Shown here one piece after another: positions 10,031 to 20,092 of a DNA stretch of 30,685 nt (its first letter is position 1; every line of letters starts with the position of its first letter). Below the pieces are notes generated by a model. That model did no database searches, had not been told where the DNA came from, and saw nothing but the letters and a program-made list of their open reading frames with translations. Source of the stretch: a bacterium (GTDB taxonomy: Bacteria > Zhuqueibacterota > Zhuqueibacteria > Oceanimicrobiales > Oceanimicrobiaceae); the NCBI GenBank assembly GCA_046756745.1, contig JBHHWX010000008.1, forward strand, positions 1 through 30,685, given 5' to 3'. The translations under genes and the position numbers were made by a program.

Positions 10031-11168
10031 CCTATTTCAAAAAGAGTTGGGGACCGTCGTTATGGGCCGCGGTGCGACCAACCAGAAGGGACCGGAGCGG
10101 GCGTTTCTCAACGCAGTGGCTTCGATCATCGCGGTTAACGGCACGCTGCCTGTCAACCTCATGGTCTTGGCTGAAGGCGAAGAGGAAATCGGTTCGGTGC
10201 ATTATCCTGAGCTCGTGGATAAATATGAAGCGCGTTTGAAAACAGCTAACGGAGTATTTTTCCCGTTTAATTCACAAAATCCAGGCGGCGATCTGCGCAT
10301 GAGTTTAGGGGTAAAAGGCATTCTCTATCTGGAGCTGGAGGCAAAAGGCGGCAGTGCCGGCGGCCCGACAAAAAGTGAAATCCACGGTTCCTACAAAGCG
10401 TTGGTAGATGCGCCGGTTTGGCGCTTGACCCAGGCTCTGGCCAGTATGACCACCCCTGACGGTAATACCATTCTCATTCCCGGATACTATGACGGCATAC
10501 GCCCCCCTACCGGAGAGGAACAACGGCTTATTAACGGTGTGCTGGCGAACTGGAACGAAGAGCAAATTAAAGATTTACTCGCTGTGAAACGCTGGGTTGA
10601 TGACATCAGCGGACGGGACGCGATTTTACGTTATCTTTATGAAGTGACCTTAAACATCGACGGTATCTGGGGCGGCTATACCGAAGAAGGGGCGAAGACG
10701 ATCCTGCCTCACAAAGCAACCGCGAAAGTCGATTCCCGTCTGCCTATGGGTGTCCGTCCCGAGCGTTGTCTGGAGCTCATTCGTTTACATCTCGAGCAAA
10801 ACGGTTTTCCCGACATCGAGATTCGTCAGCTTTACGGTTATCCTGCATCGCAGACCTCCATCGACGCGCCACTCGTGCAGGCGGCGATAGCTGTTTTCAA
10901 TAAGTGGGCGAAAACCCGTGAAGTCTGGCCGCGCCTGGCAGGAAGCGCTCCGTTTTACCAGTTCACCGAGCGTCTCGGATTGCCGCTGGTTTTCAACGGT
11001 CTTGGCCACGGCTCCGGGGCTCATGCTCCGAACGAATACATGGTTATTTACCCGAACGAAGGCTCTAAAATTGCCGGACTGGCCGAGATCGAAAAGGGAT
11101 ACGTGGATATTCTTTTTGCTTTGGCCGACATCCGTCCTGTCGTTACCCAAAAAAGGGATTTCCACTGA
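9897..11168 (+). CDS. M20-family (ArgE/DapE/CPG2-like) peptidase homologue, N-terminally truncated
   Basis: 'GRGATNQKGP' and 'EGEEEIGS' match the M20 GRGAxDxKG and EEEG motifs. 'MMYDVQPVNPEDWESPPF' sits where HxDVVP...W..PF is expected. The frame is closed by a stop at 9864-9866, so about 80-100 N-terminal residues are missing. The first-metal-site His and Asp appear replaced by Tyr and Asn. Confidence 0.6.
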   Translation: MSVVNSRTVECPVSLSAPCTIMIYMMYDVQPVNPEDWESPPFAANLFQKELGTVVMGRGATNQKGPERAFLNAVASIIAVNGTLPVNLMVLAEGEEEIGSVHYPELVDKYEARLKTANGVFFPFNSQNPGGDLRMSLGVKGILYLELEAKGGSAGGPTKSEIHGSYKALVDAPVWRLTQALASMTTPDGNTILIPGYYDGIRPPTGEEQRLINGVLANWNEEQIKDLLAVKRWVDDISGRDAILRYLYEVTLNIDGIWGGYTEEGAKTILPHKATAKVDSRLPMGVRPERCLELIRLHLEQNGFPDIEIRQLYGYPASQTSIDAPLVQAAIAVFNKWAKTREVWPRLAGSAPFYQFTERLGLPLVFNGLGHGSGAHAPNEYMVIYPNEGSKIAGLAEIEKGYVDILFALADIRPVVTQKRDFH

Positions 11169-11187
11169 GGCTTATCCGAGCCAAAAC

Positions 11188-11209
11188 GCCTGAAAATAAA
11201 TTTTCAGGC
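11188..11209. terminator. Hairpin GCCTGAAAA-taaa-TTTTCAGGC in the convergent gap between the M20 gene and ahcY
   Basis: Perfect 9-bp stem. On the minus strand it is followed by GTTTTGG, so it probably terminates ahcY and may act bidirectionally. Confidence 0.4.
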
Positions 11210-11392
11210 TCATAGCTCAAGTCGGCTGAAGCCGACTATCTCCCGTCTTAACTCAACCGGCTCAGTCATCTTTCGATGACTTTAGCTATGAGCCCTATAT
11301 TTTGGCCTGCCGGCTTCAACGAAAGATGTGGGTAACGATAAGGGCAAGAGGAGGCAAGTTCAGTCCTACAGGGTGGCTAAAACAAGATTAAA

Positions 11393-12664
<1,272 letters not shown>

Positions 12665-12696
12665 TTACTAAACTAAATAATTTTTATGATTAATTC

Positions 12697-12798
12697 AAAA
12701 GGTGACCTTCTTCATTGATCGAAAACTTGTTGATTATAAAAGAGATCTATACAGTTGGATACGAACATTATTTAAAAATCAAAAGAAGGTCACCTTTT
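12697..12798 (-). promoter_or_regulatory. ahcY leader: 16-bp perfect inverted repeat (AAAAGGTGACCTTCTT / AAGAAGGTCACCTTTT) enclosing about 70 nt
   Basis: Arms at 12697-12712 and 12783-12798, read directly. Lies between the metK stop and the ahcY RBS. Contains the shared motif TGATCGAAAACTTG (12716-12729). Confidence 0.5.
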
Positions 12799-12822
12799 TA
12801 CTGTTCATTCAAATGTGGTTTA

Positions 12823-13959
12823 TTATCCTTTTGCCAAGTCTTTGGCTTTATCCGTTTTTTCCCAGGTAAAACTCTCTTCCGTACGCCCGAAGTGTCCGTA
12901 CGCGGCGGTTTTCTTATAAATAGGCCGGCGCAAATTGAGCATTCTGATAATTTCTTTCGGTGACAAATCGAAATGTTTTGTCACCAGTTTCGCAATATCC
13001 TCGTCCGGCATTTGGCCGCTTCCGAATGTGTTGGCGTTCACGGAAACCGGCTGCGCCACGCCGATGGCATAAGCCAATTGAATTTCACACTTATCAGCCA
13101 ATCCGGCGGCGACGATATTTTTTGCGATATATCTGGCTGCGTAGGAAGCCGAGCGATCGACCTTCGTCGGGTCCTTCCCGGAAAAAGCGCCGCCGCCATG
13201 CCGGCTATAGCCGCCATAAGTATCGACGATGATTTTTCGGCCGGTCAAACCAGTGTCGCCATGTGGACCGCCCACGACAAATCTGCCGGTGGGATTCACA
13301 TGATAAATGATTTCGTTTTCATCATAAAAATCGGAAGGGATGACCTGTCTGATCACTTTTTTGATGATATCATCGCGTATCTTCTCCTGTGTCACATCGG
13401 CGTCGTGTTGAGTCGAGACCACAACCGTCTTGACCTTGACCGGTTTCCCGTTTTCATAAAGAACGCTGACTTGTGATTTCCCGTCAGGGCGAACATACGG
13501 CAGAAGACCTTCCTTGCGAACTTCAGCCAACTGTAAAGTCAACTTGTGAGCCAGCATGATCGGCAGCGGCATCAGTTCTTTGGTCTCGTTACAAGCAAAA
13601 CCGAACATCATTCCCTGGTCGCCGGCCCCATCACGGTCCACACCCATTGCAATATCGGGAGATTGCTGCTGGATGGTATTGATCACGGCGCACGTTAAGT
13701 AATCAAATCCGTAACTTGCGTCTGTATAACCGATCTCCCTAATGGTTCCTCGTACTAAACTGGGGATATCGACATACGTTTCCGTGGTGATTTCTCCTCC
13801 TACCATAACCAAACCTGTTGTCACGTAGGTTTCACACGCAACCCGGCCATAAGGATCATCTTCTAATATGGCATCGAGCACGGCATCTGAAATCTGATCG
13901 GAAATTTTATCCGGGTGTCCTTCGGTGACCGATTCAGAAGTGAATAACATTGAAGACAT
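12823..13959 (-). CDS. metK: S-adenosylmethionine synthetase
   Basis: '[29 protein letters not shown]' and '[19 protein letters not shown]', canonical MetK motifs. Confidence 0.93.
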   Translation of the reverse strand: MSSMLFTSESVTEGHPDKISDQISDAVLDAILEDDPYGRVACETYVTTGLVMVGGEITTETYVDIPSLVRGTIREIGYTDASYGFDYLTCAVINTIQQQSPDIAMGVDRDGAGDQGMMFGFACNETKELMPLPIMLAHKLTLQLAEVRKEGLLPYVRPDGKSQVSVLYENGKPVKVKTVVVSTQHDADVTQEKIRDDIIKKVIRQVIPSDFYDENEIIYHVNPTGRFVVGGPHGDTGLTGRKIIVDTYGGYSRHGGGAFSGKDPTKVDRSASYAARYIAKNIVAAGLADKCEIQLAYAIGVAQPVSVNANTFGSGQMPDEDIAKLVTKHFDLSPKEIIRMLNLRRPIYKKTAAYGHFGRTEESFTWEKTDKAKDLAKG

Positions 13960-14003
13960 GTATTTCTCCTTATATTAATAATTGATGCACACACAATCTA
14001 TTT

Positions 14004-14145
14004 AGTGATTGACCGAAAACTTGATTTTTCATGTCTTTGCGAGCGTTTCTCAACGAAGCAATCTCCTATTAGGGCACGGCATGAGATTGCATCCGCAAAA
14101 ATGCCTTGCAATGACAGCTATGTTAATAGTTTTCGGTCACTCACT
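14004..14145 (-). promoter_or_regulatory. metK 5' leader with 18-bp long-range inverted repeat (arms 14004-14021 and 14128-14145, 17/18 complementary) enclosing about 106 nt with nested hairpins
   Basis: Read directly. Arm sequence AGTGAgTGACCGAAAACT. Inner hairpins ATTGCA..TGCAAT and GCAT..ATGC. Candidate cis-regulatory RNA; no recognisable SAM-I core was seen by eye. Confidence 0.45.
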
Positions 14146-14175
14146 ATTTATACGACCAGATTTCCTATGTGCGAA
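14146..14175 (-). promoter_or_regulatory. Putative sigma70-type promoter of metK (-35 TTCGCA, 17-nt spacer, -10 TATAAA on the minus strand)
   Basis: Hexamers read directly. The transcript would start at or near the first arm of the leader inverted repeat. Confidence 0.35.
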
Positions 14176-14176
14176 A

Positions 14177-15223
14177 TTACATTCTACTTTTTAAGTAGTC
14201 GATATTCTTAACAGGCGTAGGGTCCACTTTATTCATAGCGGCTAAATACAAGCTGCTCATATCACCTAAGAAAATCAACGAGAACAAACGTGCTAACAGC
14301 GAATCCCCGGTACTCTCAACCTCAAGAACAGCCGAACTATGATTTTCGATAATCTCTTTCGTAATTTCCATTCTTTTTTTTATCTGCTCATGATCGGCTT
14401 TGTCTTTTAAAAAAATCACTTGAAAGGTTTTGTTCAGCACCGTGCACGGCCCCCAGCCGACGATTTCATTATGATTAAGCTCGGGAAAGGCGTTGGCAAA
14501 AGCCAAGACTTTACTGTTTTCCGAAAACTGTCCCTTCCAACGCTGCGCAACCGGGGCAAAGCGTGTGGCAGAGGCGTAAATAAGGGGTATTTTACCGAAG
14601 AGCTTTCGACTGAGCTCTATGGCTGGATTGTCCTCTCTTGTTGGGTGATAAGCCTCTTTGAGTTTTCCCAAAACAGCCACGGTTTCCAATATCGCAGTTT
14701 CAGGGTTTTCGATGAGACCGGCATAGTAAAAGCCATATAAAAGAGAGATACTCATATATCCGAGCGCCGCCCTGGGTTGAAAACCTGCGGGGATAGTAAA
14801 AACCGGATAGCCGTGCGACAGCGCCTTTTCGGTTAAAACGCCGCCCGAAGTGATACCCACGATATGGGCTGTTTTTTGACGGGCACGGTCATATGCCGAT
14901 AACGTTTCTTCGGTATTGCCGGAATAGCTCGACACGAAAACAAGTGAATTGTGATCGATAAATTCAGGCAGAGTGTAATCCCGGTTTACGAAAACCGGAA
15001 TCCTCAGTTGTTCGGCTAACAACGCATGCACGATGTCTCCTCCGATAGCCGATCCTCCCATTCCGGTGATGCAGACATTGGAAATTTGGGAGGGAGCTAA
15101 CTTGAGCTCAAAACTCTCTGCGCGCTCTTTCGCTTGTTGCACTTGATCCGGAAAGTGCAGAACACGGTCAAGCATTTTTTGAGAGTCAAATTTTGTAAGG
15201 GGGCCGTTGTTCAAGTCAGACAT
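14177..15223 (-). CDS. SIS-domain bifunctional phosphoglucose/phosphomannose isomerase-family protein
   Basis: 'NVCITGMGGSAIGGDIV' and 'VFVSSYSGNTEETL' match SIS-domain PGI/PMI-type proteins. Last gene of the minus-strand PTS block. Confidence 0.7.
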   Translation of the reverse strand: MSDLNNGPLTKFDSQKMLDRVLHFPDQVQQAKERAESFELKLAPSQISNVCITGMGGSAIGGDIVHALLAEQLRIPVFVNRDYTLPEFIDHNSLVFVSSYSGNTEETLSAYDRARQKTAHIVGITSGGVLTEKALSHGYPVFTIPAGFQPRAALGYMSISLLYGFYYAGLIENPETAILETVAVLGKLKEAYHPTREDNPAIELSRKLFGKIPLIYASATRFAPVAQRWKGQFSENSKVLAFANAFPELNHNEIVGWGPCTVLNKTFQVIFLKDKADHEQIKKRMEITKEIIENHSSAVLEVESTGDSLLARLFSLIFLGDMSSLYLAAMNKVDPTPVKNIDYLKSRM

Positions 15224-15255
15224 GCTTTTCGAAAGGGTTGCAAGGATCCTTTTGC

Positions 15256-17025
15256 TTAGATTACCAAGTCCTTAAATTTCTGCCGCATCACTTTGGTCAT
15301 GAAGCGCTCGACTTCGGAAGCTTTCTCAAATTCCAAAACTTTTTTGGCGATTCGAACCGCTTCCCGATGTTCGACAGAACGGATGATTTTTTTAATTTCC
15401 GGGAGGAAAAGCGGGCTTACACTGAATTCATCTAATTCAAAACCGAGCAGGATCAAAGTTGCCAAAGGATCGCTTGCCATCTCGCCACACATACCCACCC
15501 AAACGCCTTCCTCATGTCCTGAGCTGATAATATCCCGGATGCTGCGCAAAACGGCAGGATGCAAATGTTTATAAAGATAGGCGATACGTTCGTTGCCGCG
15601 ATCGACAGCTAAAATATATTGCACCAGGTCGTTGGTTCCGATGCTGAGGAAATCCACTTCTCTAGCGATTTTATCAGCGAGAATCGCCGCCGAAGGGACT
15701 TCGATCATCACCCCGATTTCGATTTCGGCATTGTAGAGTATTTTCTCTTTAGCAAGCTCGGACTTTGCTTTTTCCAATGCATTCTTGCATTCCAAAACTT
15801 CATCCAACCCGGAAATCATCGGAAATAATATTTTTACATTACCCAGAGCGCTGGCGCGTAAAATCGCTCGTAGTTGGACATTAAAAATTTCTTGCTTTTC
15901 CAGAGAGATCCGAATTGCGCGCCATCCCAAAAAAGGATTTTCTTCGTGGGGCACTGTTATCGATTCAGGCTGTTTATCGCCGCCTAAATCCATGGTTCGA
16001 ATGATCACCGGGTCGTCTAAGAATCGTTTGACGATTTTGCTGTATTCACCATATTGCTGCTCTTCTGTCGGCAATTCGCTATTGGCAAGATAGATGTAAT
16101 CACTGCGGTATAAACCAATACCTTGAGCGCCGTGAGTTTTAGCGGATTCGACTTCGTCGGAGAATTCCAAGTTCGCGGAAAGCTCGATTTCCTTGCCATC
16201 CAAGGTCACAGAGGGTAAATTTCGAAGGGCGACGAGCTTACTCTCGACTTCATAGTATTTGTTCCTCTGCTCACGATAGCGGTTTAACAATTTTTCTTCA
16301 GGCCGGATAATAATTTTGCCTTCGTTGCCATCGACAATAATACGGTCGCCCTCGGAGACAAGCGATGAAATGTGTTCCAGTCCGGCAACAGCCGGAACTT
16401 CCATAGAACGCGACATAATGGCGACGTGTGAGTAGCGCCCTCCTTGTTCGGTTGCAAATCCCATCACTTTTCTTCGATCCAACATAACGGTGTCTGAAGG
16501 AGTTAAGTCCGTTGCGACAATCACACCGGAGCCCTCCAGCTTACTGAGATAGTCCCTCCGGTCACCTTGAAGATGGCGAATCACACGACGCGTCACGTCT
16601 ATTAAATCCAAAATCTTGCCCTGAAAATACTCTCCAGAAGTTTTTAAGAGTGCATTTTGGTATTTTTGCATGGTATCGTAAAAAGCAAGCTCAGCGCTCT
16701 TATTTTCATCACGAATTCCGTGCAGGGTGTCTTCGTTGATTAAACTGTCTTCGAGTAAAAGTTGATGGACATCGAAAATTTTTGCGCTGTCTTCTCCGAT
16801 TCTACGGGCAACTTTATTTTGCAGTGCTTTGATTTCTCTCTTTGCTTGTTTGATCGCTTTATTGAATTTTTCAACCTCCGCACTTTTTTCGGAATCCTCT
16901 ACGGTTCGCGGATGAATTTTAATAAATTCTCCCTGTAAGAGAAAGACTTTAGAAATAGCTATCCCTGGAGAAACAGAGATTCCTTCTAAAACGCACGTAC
17001 GGCTTTTGTTTTGTTTTGGATTCAT
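15256..17025 (-). CDS. ptsI: Phosphoenolpyruvate-protein phosphotransferase (PTS Enzyme I)
   Basis: N-terminal 'GISVSPGIAISKVFLL', phospho-His region, and the PEP-utilising 'GIGLYRSDYIYL' and 'GMCGEMA' motifs. 589 aa. Confidence 0.9.
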   Translation of the reverse strand: MNPKQNKSRTCVLEGISVSPGIAISKVFLLQGEFIKIHPRTVEDSEKSAEVEKFNKAIKQAKREIKALQNKVARRIGEDSAKIFDVHQLLLEDSLINEDTLHGIRDENKSAELAFYDTMQKYQNALLKTSGEYFQGKILDLIDVTRRVIRHLQGDRRDYLSKLEGSGVIVATDLTPSDTVMLDRRKVMGFATEQGGRYSHVAIMSRSMEVPAVAGLEHISSLVSEGDRIIVDGNEGKIIIRPEEKLLNRYREQRNKYYEVESKLVALRNLPSVTLDGKEIELSANLEFSDEVESAKTHGAQGIGLYRSDYIYLANSELPTEEQQYGEYSKIVKRFLDDPVIIRTMDLGGDKQPESITVPHEENPFLGWRAIRISLEKQEIFNVQLRAILRASALGNVKILFPMISGLDEVLECKNALEKAKSELAKEKILYNAEIEIGVMIEVPSAAILADKIAREVDFLSIGTNDLVQYILAVDRGNERIAYLYKHLHPAVLRSIRDIISSGHEEGVWVGMCGEMASDPLATLILLGFELDEFSVSPLFLPEIKKIIRSVEHREAVRIAKKVLEFEKASEVERFMTKVMRQKFKDLVI

Positions 17026-17034
17026 GAAGGATTC

Positions 17035-17301
17035 TTAATCTTCGTTGAATTTGTTCTCAACCAAAGACACCAAAGTTGCGATTGCCTGCCGCTCATCGTC
17101 ACCCTCGACGGTAATGGTGACGACACTACCCTTTTCTGCGGCTAACATCATCACGCCCATAATACTTTTTCCATTCACTTCGTGATCGTCTTTACCTAAA
17201 AACACGTTCGATTTATACTTCGCCGCCGTTTTAACAAACTGCGCAGCCGGCCTTGCATGCAGACCTAACTCATTCCTAATTTCGACTTTTTTTTGAACCA
17301 T
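17035..17301 (-). CDS. ptsH: Phosphocarrier protein HPr
   Basis: 88 aa with 'GLHARPAAQFV' (the His15 site). Confidence 0.9.
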   Translation of the reverse strand: MVQKKVEIRNELGLHARPAAQFVKTAAKYKSNVFLGKDDHEVNGKSIMGVMMLAAEKGSVVTITVEGDDERQAIATLVSLVENKFNED

Positions 17302-17305
17302 CCTG

Positions 17306-18085
17306 TTAGAGATTTATGCCCGTTGCAAGTGTGCTTAATATCGTGTGTGCAATTCCGGCCAATGTCATCAGCGCGATAAGCGCCTTAGGTACAGACCACT
17401 TCCATTTCAGAAAAACCCACATCAAAATCAACCCAGAAAGAAATGCCAGTAACGACTTGAAATTTATAATATAATGAGTATTGATTGAAAGCACAATCAA
17501 TACTCCAAGTAGGATCGCGCCGCTTTTGTTCAGAGCATCGATAAGCCCCTTAAAACGTCCTAATGTTACTTTCTTGGTGATATTGAATCCCTGGTTATAC
17601 CCCTCGATGCTGCCTTTGATCCTGACATAAAGATGGGGTATATTATAGGCCACAAGGAAAACCACCGGTCCAAGGATTCCGAAATAGAGCGCGCTTAAAA
17701 TTCCGAGCATCGCGCTTATCGGTCTAACCAAACACCAGAAAATTTGATCGCCAAGGGCGGCGAGCTGTTCGCTCATCCGTTTCTTAAAGCGCTCGGGCGA
17801 CACACTTTCAGACGCGCCGGCGACGAGTTGTTGTTCCGCCAGTTTTATGGTGGCGCCAATTATCCAGGTTGACATGTACGGGTGCGTATTAAAAAATTCA
17901 AGATTCCTATTTAAGAAATGAATTCTGTCCGCCTTGTTTTTTATCAACTTTTTAACAAAGGGCAGAACAGAGAAACAATATCCAAGCCCTTGCATCCGTT
18001 CCGGGTTCCACCCGGCTTGTAAAAACAAGGACCTGTAAAAAAGATGAACGATAGCACGCGGTTTGAGGTTCCCCATAGACATCAC
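17306..18085 (-). CDS. PTS mannose/fructose/sorbose-family IID component
   Basis: 'RSLFLQAGWNPERMQGLGYCFSVLPFVKKL...LEFFNTHPY' closely parallels the ManZ N-terminus. Membrane C-terminal half. Confidence 0.8.
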   Translation of the reverse strand: MMSMGNLKPRAIVHLFYRSLFLQAGWNPERMQGLGYCFSVLPFVKKLIKNKADRIHFLNRNLEFFNTHPYMSTWIIGATIKLAEQQLVAGASESVSPERFKKRMSEQLAALGDQIFWCLVRPISAMLGILSALYFGILGPVVFLVAYNIPHLYVRIKGSIEGYNQGFNITKKVTLGRFKGLIDALNKSGAILLGVLIVLSINTHYIINFKSLLAFLSGLILMWVFLKWKWSVPKALIALMTLAGIAHTILSTLATGINL

Positions 18086-18775
18086 TCAAAATAACCAAAT
18101 GACAGTTCCGATAATCGCTCCAATCGCCGTAAATTTCAATGCCTTTCGCTGCAAAAAATGCCAAATCAGCGCTCCCATGCCTGCTCCGAGAAGGATAGGT
18201 TTAAACAGCGTGACATTCCAGGTCGCAGTAAGAGAAGACATTTCTAACAAAGAGTCACATAAATTAAGGCTTATGACAAACAGCAGCGCACAAAACACAA
18301 CTCCGAACGTAAAGGCGCCCAACACGCTGAGATAATTGAACAGGGTAATTTTGGCCACACTTCCTTTCTGCGCTGCGCTGTCTGCTTTGTAAATCAGAAG
18401 ACAGTTGAAATGGCGCAGCTTCTCTTGAAACGGGATGAGCGCCCAGCTCCAAATGCACCCGAGAAGGATAGAGAGAAAGAGAACGAGCTCCGTCTCCCCG
18501 GACCAACTTGCACTCAAAACAGCGGCAACTCCGGCCGCAATGTAAGCCCCCAGATTTCCTACGGAAACTTTCGCTCCCCCGGTAGGAAATTCAACCAAAT
18601 AGGGCATCTGCATGAGTAACCCCACGGTTAATCCAATCGTGATATTTCCAAAAATCCATCCTGCGATTGTACAGGCGACTAAGGGTTGCGAAATGGCAAA
18701 TTGACCCACGGCGTCGGTATCGAGATAAACAATGCCCGCTACAAAACAATAAGTCAAAAAATGGCCATCCATCAC
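18086..18775 (-). CDS. PTS mannose/fructose/sorbose-family IIC component
   Basis: 'QFAISQPLVACTIAGWIFGNITIGLTVGLLMQM' parallels ManY 'EFQFHRPLIACTLVGIVLGDMKTGIIIGGTLEM'. Polytopic membrane protein abutting the IID gene. Confidence 0.75.
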   Translation of the reverse strand: MMDGHFLTYCFVAGIVYLDTDAVGQFAISQPLVACTIAGWIFGNITIGLTVGLLMQMPYLVEFPTGGAKVSVGNLGAYIAAGVAAVLSASWSGETELVLFLSILLGCIWSWALIPFQEKLRHFNCLLIYKADSAAQKGSVAKITLFNYLSVLGAFTFGVVFCALLFVISLNLCDSLLEMSSLTATWNVTLFKPILLGAGMGALIWHFLQRKALKFTAIGAIIGTVIWLF

Positions 18776-18796
18776 AAAACCGAAAATGAGTCGAGA

Positions 18797-19831
18797 TTAT
18801 GCTTTCCTGGCCGCGATAAAGTGCAGTAAGTGCGAAAGATTCTCCCTTCCCAACGATGCGGGTAATTCGCGAAGATTTGCTTTTGCAGAAATCAAGAAGT
18901 TGTCGATCGCCCTTTTTGCTGCCTCTATCGAGCCAATTTCTTTGAATAACTTTTTCATTTTGCTGATTCGTAAACGAAGCGTTGCTGAATTATTCAAGGT
19001 TTGCATCAAAAGCTGTCTTGTTTGCATATCAGCATGAGAGAAGGCGTGTACCAAAAGGTAGGTCTGCTTTTTGCGATTGATGTCGCTGCCGGATTTTTTG
19101 CCCAGTGTTTGCTCGTCGGAAATGATATCCAACAAATCGTCTTGAATTTGGAAGGCGCACCCCAGGTTATGCCCGAACTCTCCTAAAAAATGTATTTGGC
19201 TTTTTGACCCGCCCCCGATGATTCCGCCAATTTTCGTACAAATGTTCAACAATCGAGCGGTTTTTTTGCTGATCATGCGCAAGTAGTCATCAAGCGAGAC
19301 TCCGTTTCTATTTTCAAAGTCGGAATCGAGAGCCTGACCTTCACAAAGGTCGAGGATACCACTTGTGAAAATTTGAGCGATTTCGTGAACTCTCGGCGAC
19401 CGGGTTTGTAAAAGCGCCTTGTAGGCCAGGGAAACCAAACCATCTCCCGCCAACAACGCAACGTCTGAATCCCATTTAGCGTGAACTGTCGGTAAGCCGC
19501 GCCGCGTGTCGTCCTGGTCCATGATGTCGTCGTGAACTAACGTGAAGTTATGTAATAACTCGACAGCAAGCGCAGCGTCCAAACTGGCCGCAGCGTCTCC
19601 CCCTAAAGCCTCACAAGCAAATATTAATAAGATGGGTCGAATCCTTTTTCCACCGCTCTCCAGGACGTATTTAATCGGCTCGTACAAGTTCGCGGGTTCA
19701 CGCGTATTCAAAAAACTCTTGATCCGGGTGTTGATCAAACCCTGATAATCACGCAAGGTCGTTTTGAATTCCGAATTTGTTGACTCCGCACTGATAGTGA
19801 ATGTATGATTGTGTGTCACGGCTCTCATCAT
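18797..19831 (-). CDS. Polyprenyl diphosphate synthase (trans-isoprenyl diphosphate synthase family)
   Basis: First DDxxD 'LVHDDIMDQDD' and second 'QIQDDLLDI' motifs. 344 aa. Chain length cannot be assigned from sequence. Confidence 0.85.
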   Translation of the reverse strand: MMRAVTHNHTFTISAESTNSEFKTTLRDYQGLINTRIKSFLNTREPANLYEPIKYVLESGGKRIRPILLIFACEALGGDAAASLDAALAVELLHNFTLVHDDIMDQDDTRRGLPTVHAKWDSDVALLAGDGLVSLAYKALLQTRSPRVHEIAQIFTSGILDLCEGQALDSDFENRNGVSLDDYLRMISKKTARLLNICTKIGGIIGGGSKSQIHFLGEFGHNLGCAFQIQDDLLDIISDEQTLGKKSGSDINRKKQTYLLVHAFSHADMQTRQLLMQTLNNSATLRLRISKMKKLFKEIGSIEAAKRAIDNFLISAKANLRELPASLGRENLSHLLHFIAARKA

Positions 19832-19974
19832 TTCTTATTATCGATAAAGTCAATAAAGGTACCGAATTCGGGTTAGAGAAGCAAGTAAAACTTTCCTAAC
19901 AAGAGATAACGGATTGAGAGTAGGTGATGGCCGCGGTACGAGAAAACCGAGGAGCTTTGGCCGAAAAGACTATT

Positions 19975-20092
19975 TTCTTAGCGAAGGCGTCCCCGCCGAG
20001 CGAGTTTAACTCCGACTCTGCCCAAAGACTCTCGGCGAGACAGCTTCGGGAAGTGATTTTGGACGTTTCCGCCAAGCTTCTACGGCCGGCGA
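19975..20092. repeat. Copy A of an unclassified repeat family of about 110 bp (copies B at 28196-28320 and C, partial, at 29490-29522)
   Basis: Direct comparison: A 'gcgaaggcgtccccgccgagc..gactctcggcgagacagcttcgggaagtgattttggacgtttccg' against B 'gcgacggcgtcctcgccgagcagactct..ggcgagacgcatccgggaagtgatttaggactttccg' against C 'ctcggcgagacgccttcgggaa'. Confidence 0.5.

Noticed and set aside
13960-14176. SAM-I riboswitch in the metK leader
   Set aside because: I looked for the SAM-I conserved core (..AGAGNGGC..GAGGGACUGGCCC..GCAACC..) and for the SAH-riboswitch core upstream of ahcY and could not find either. The structured leader is kept as an unclassified candidate in the findings.
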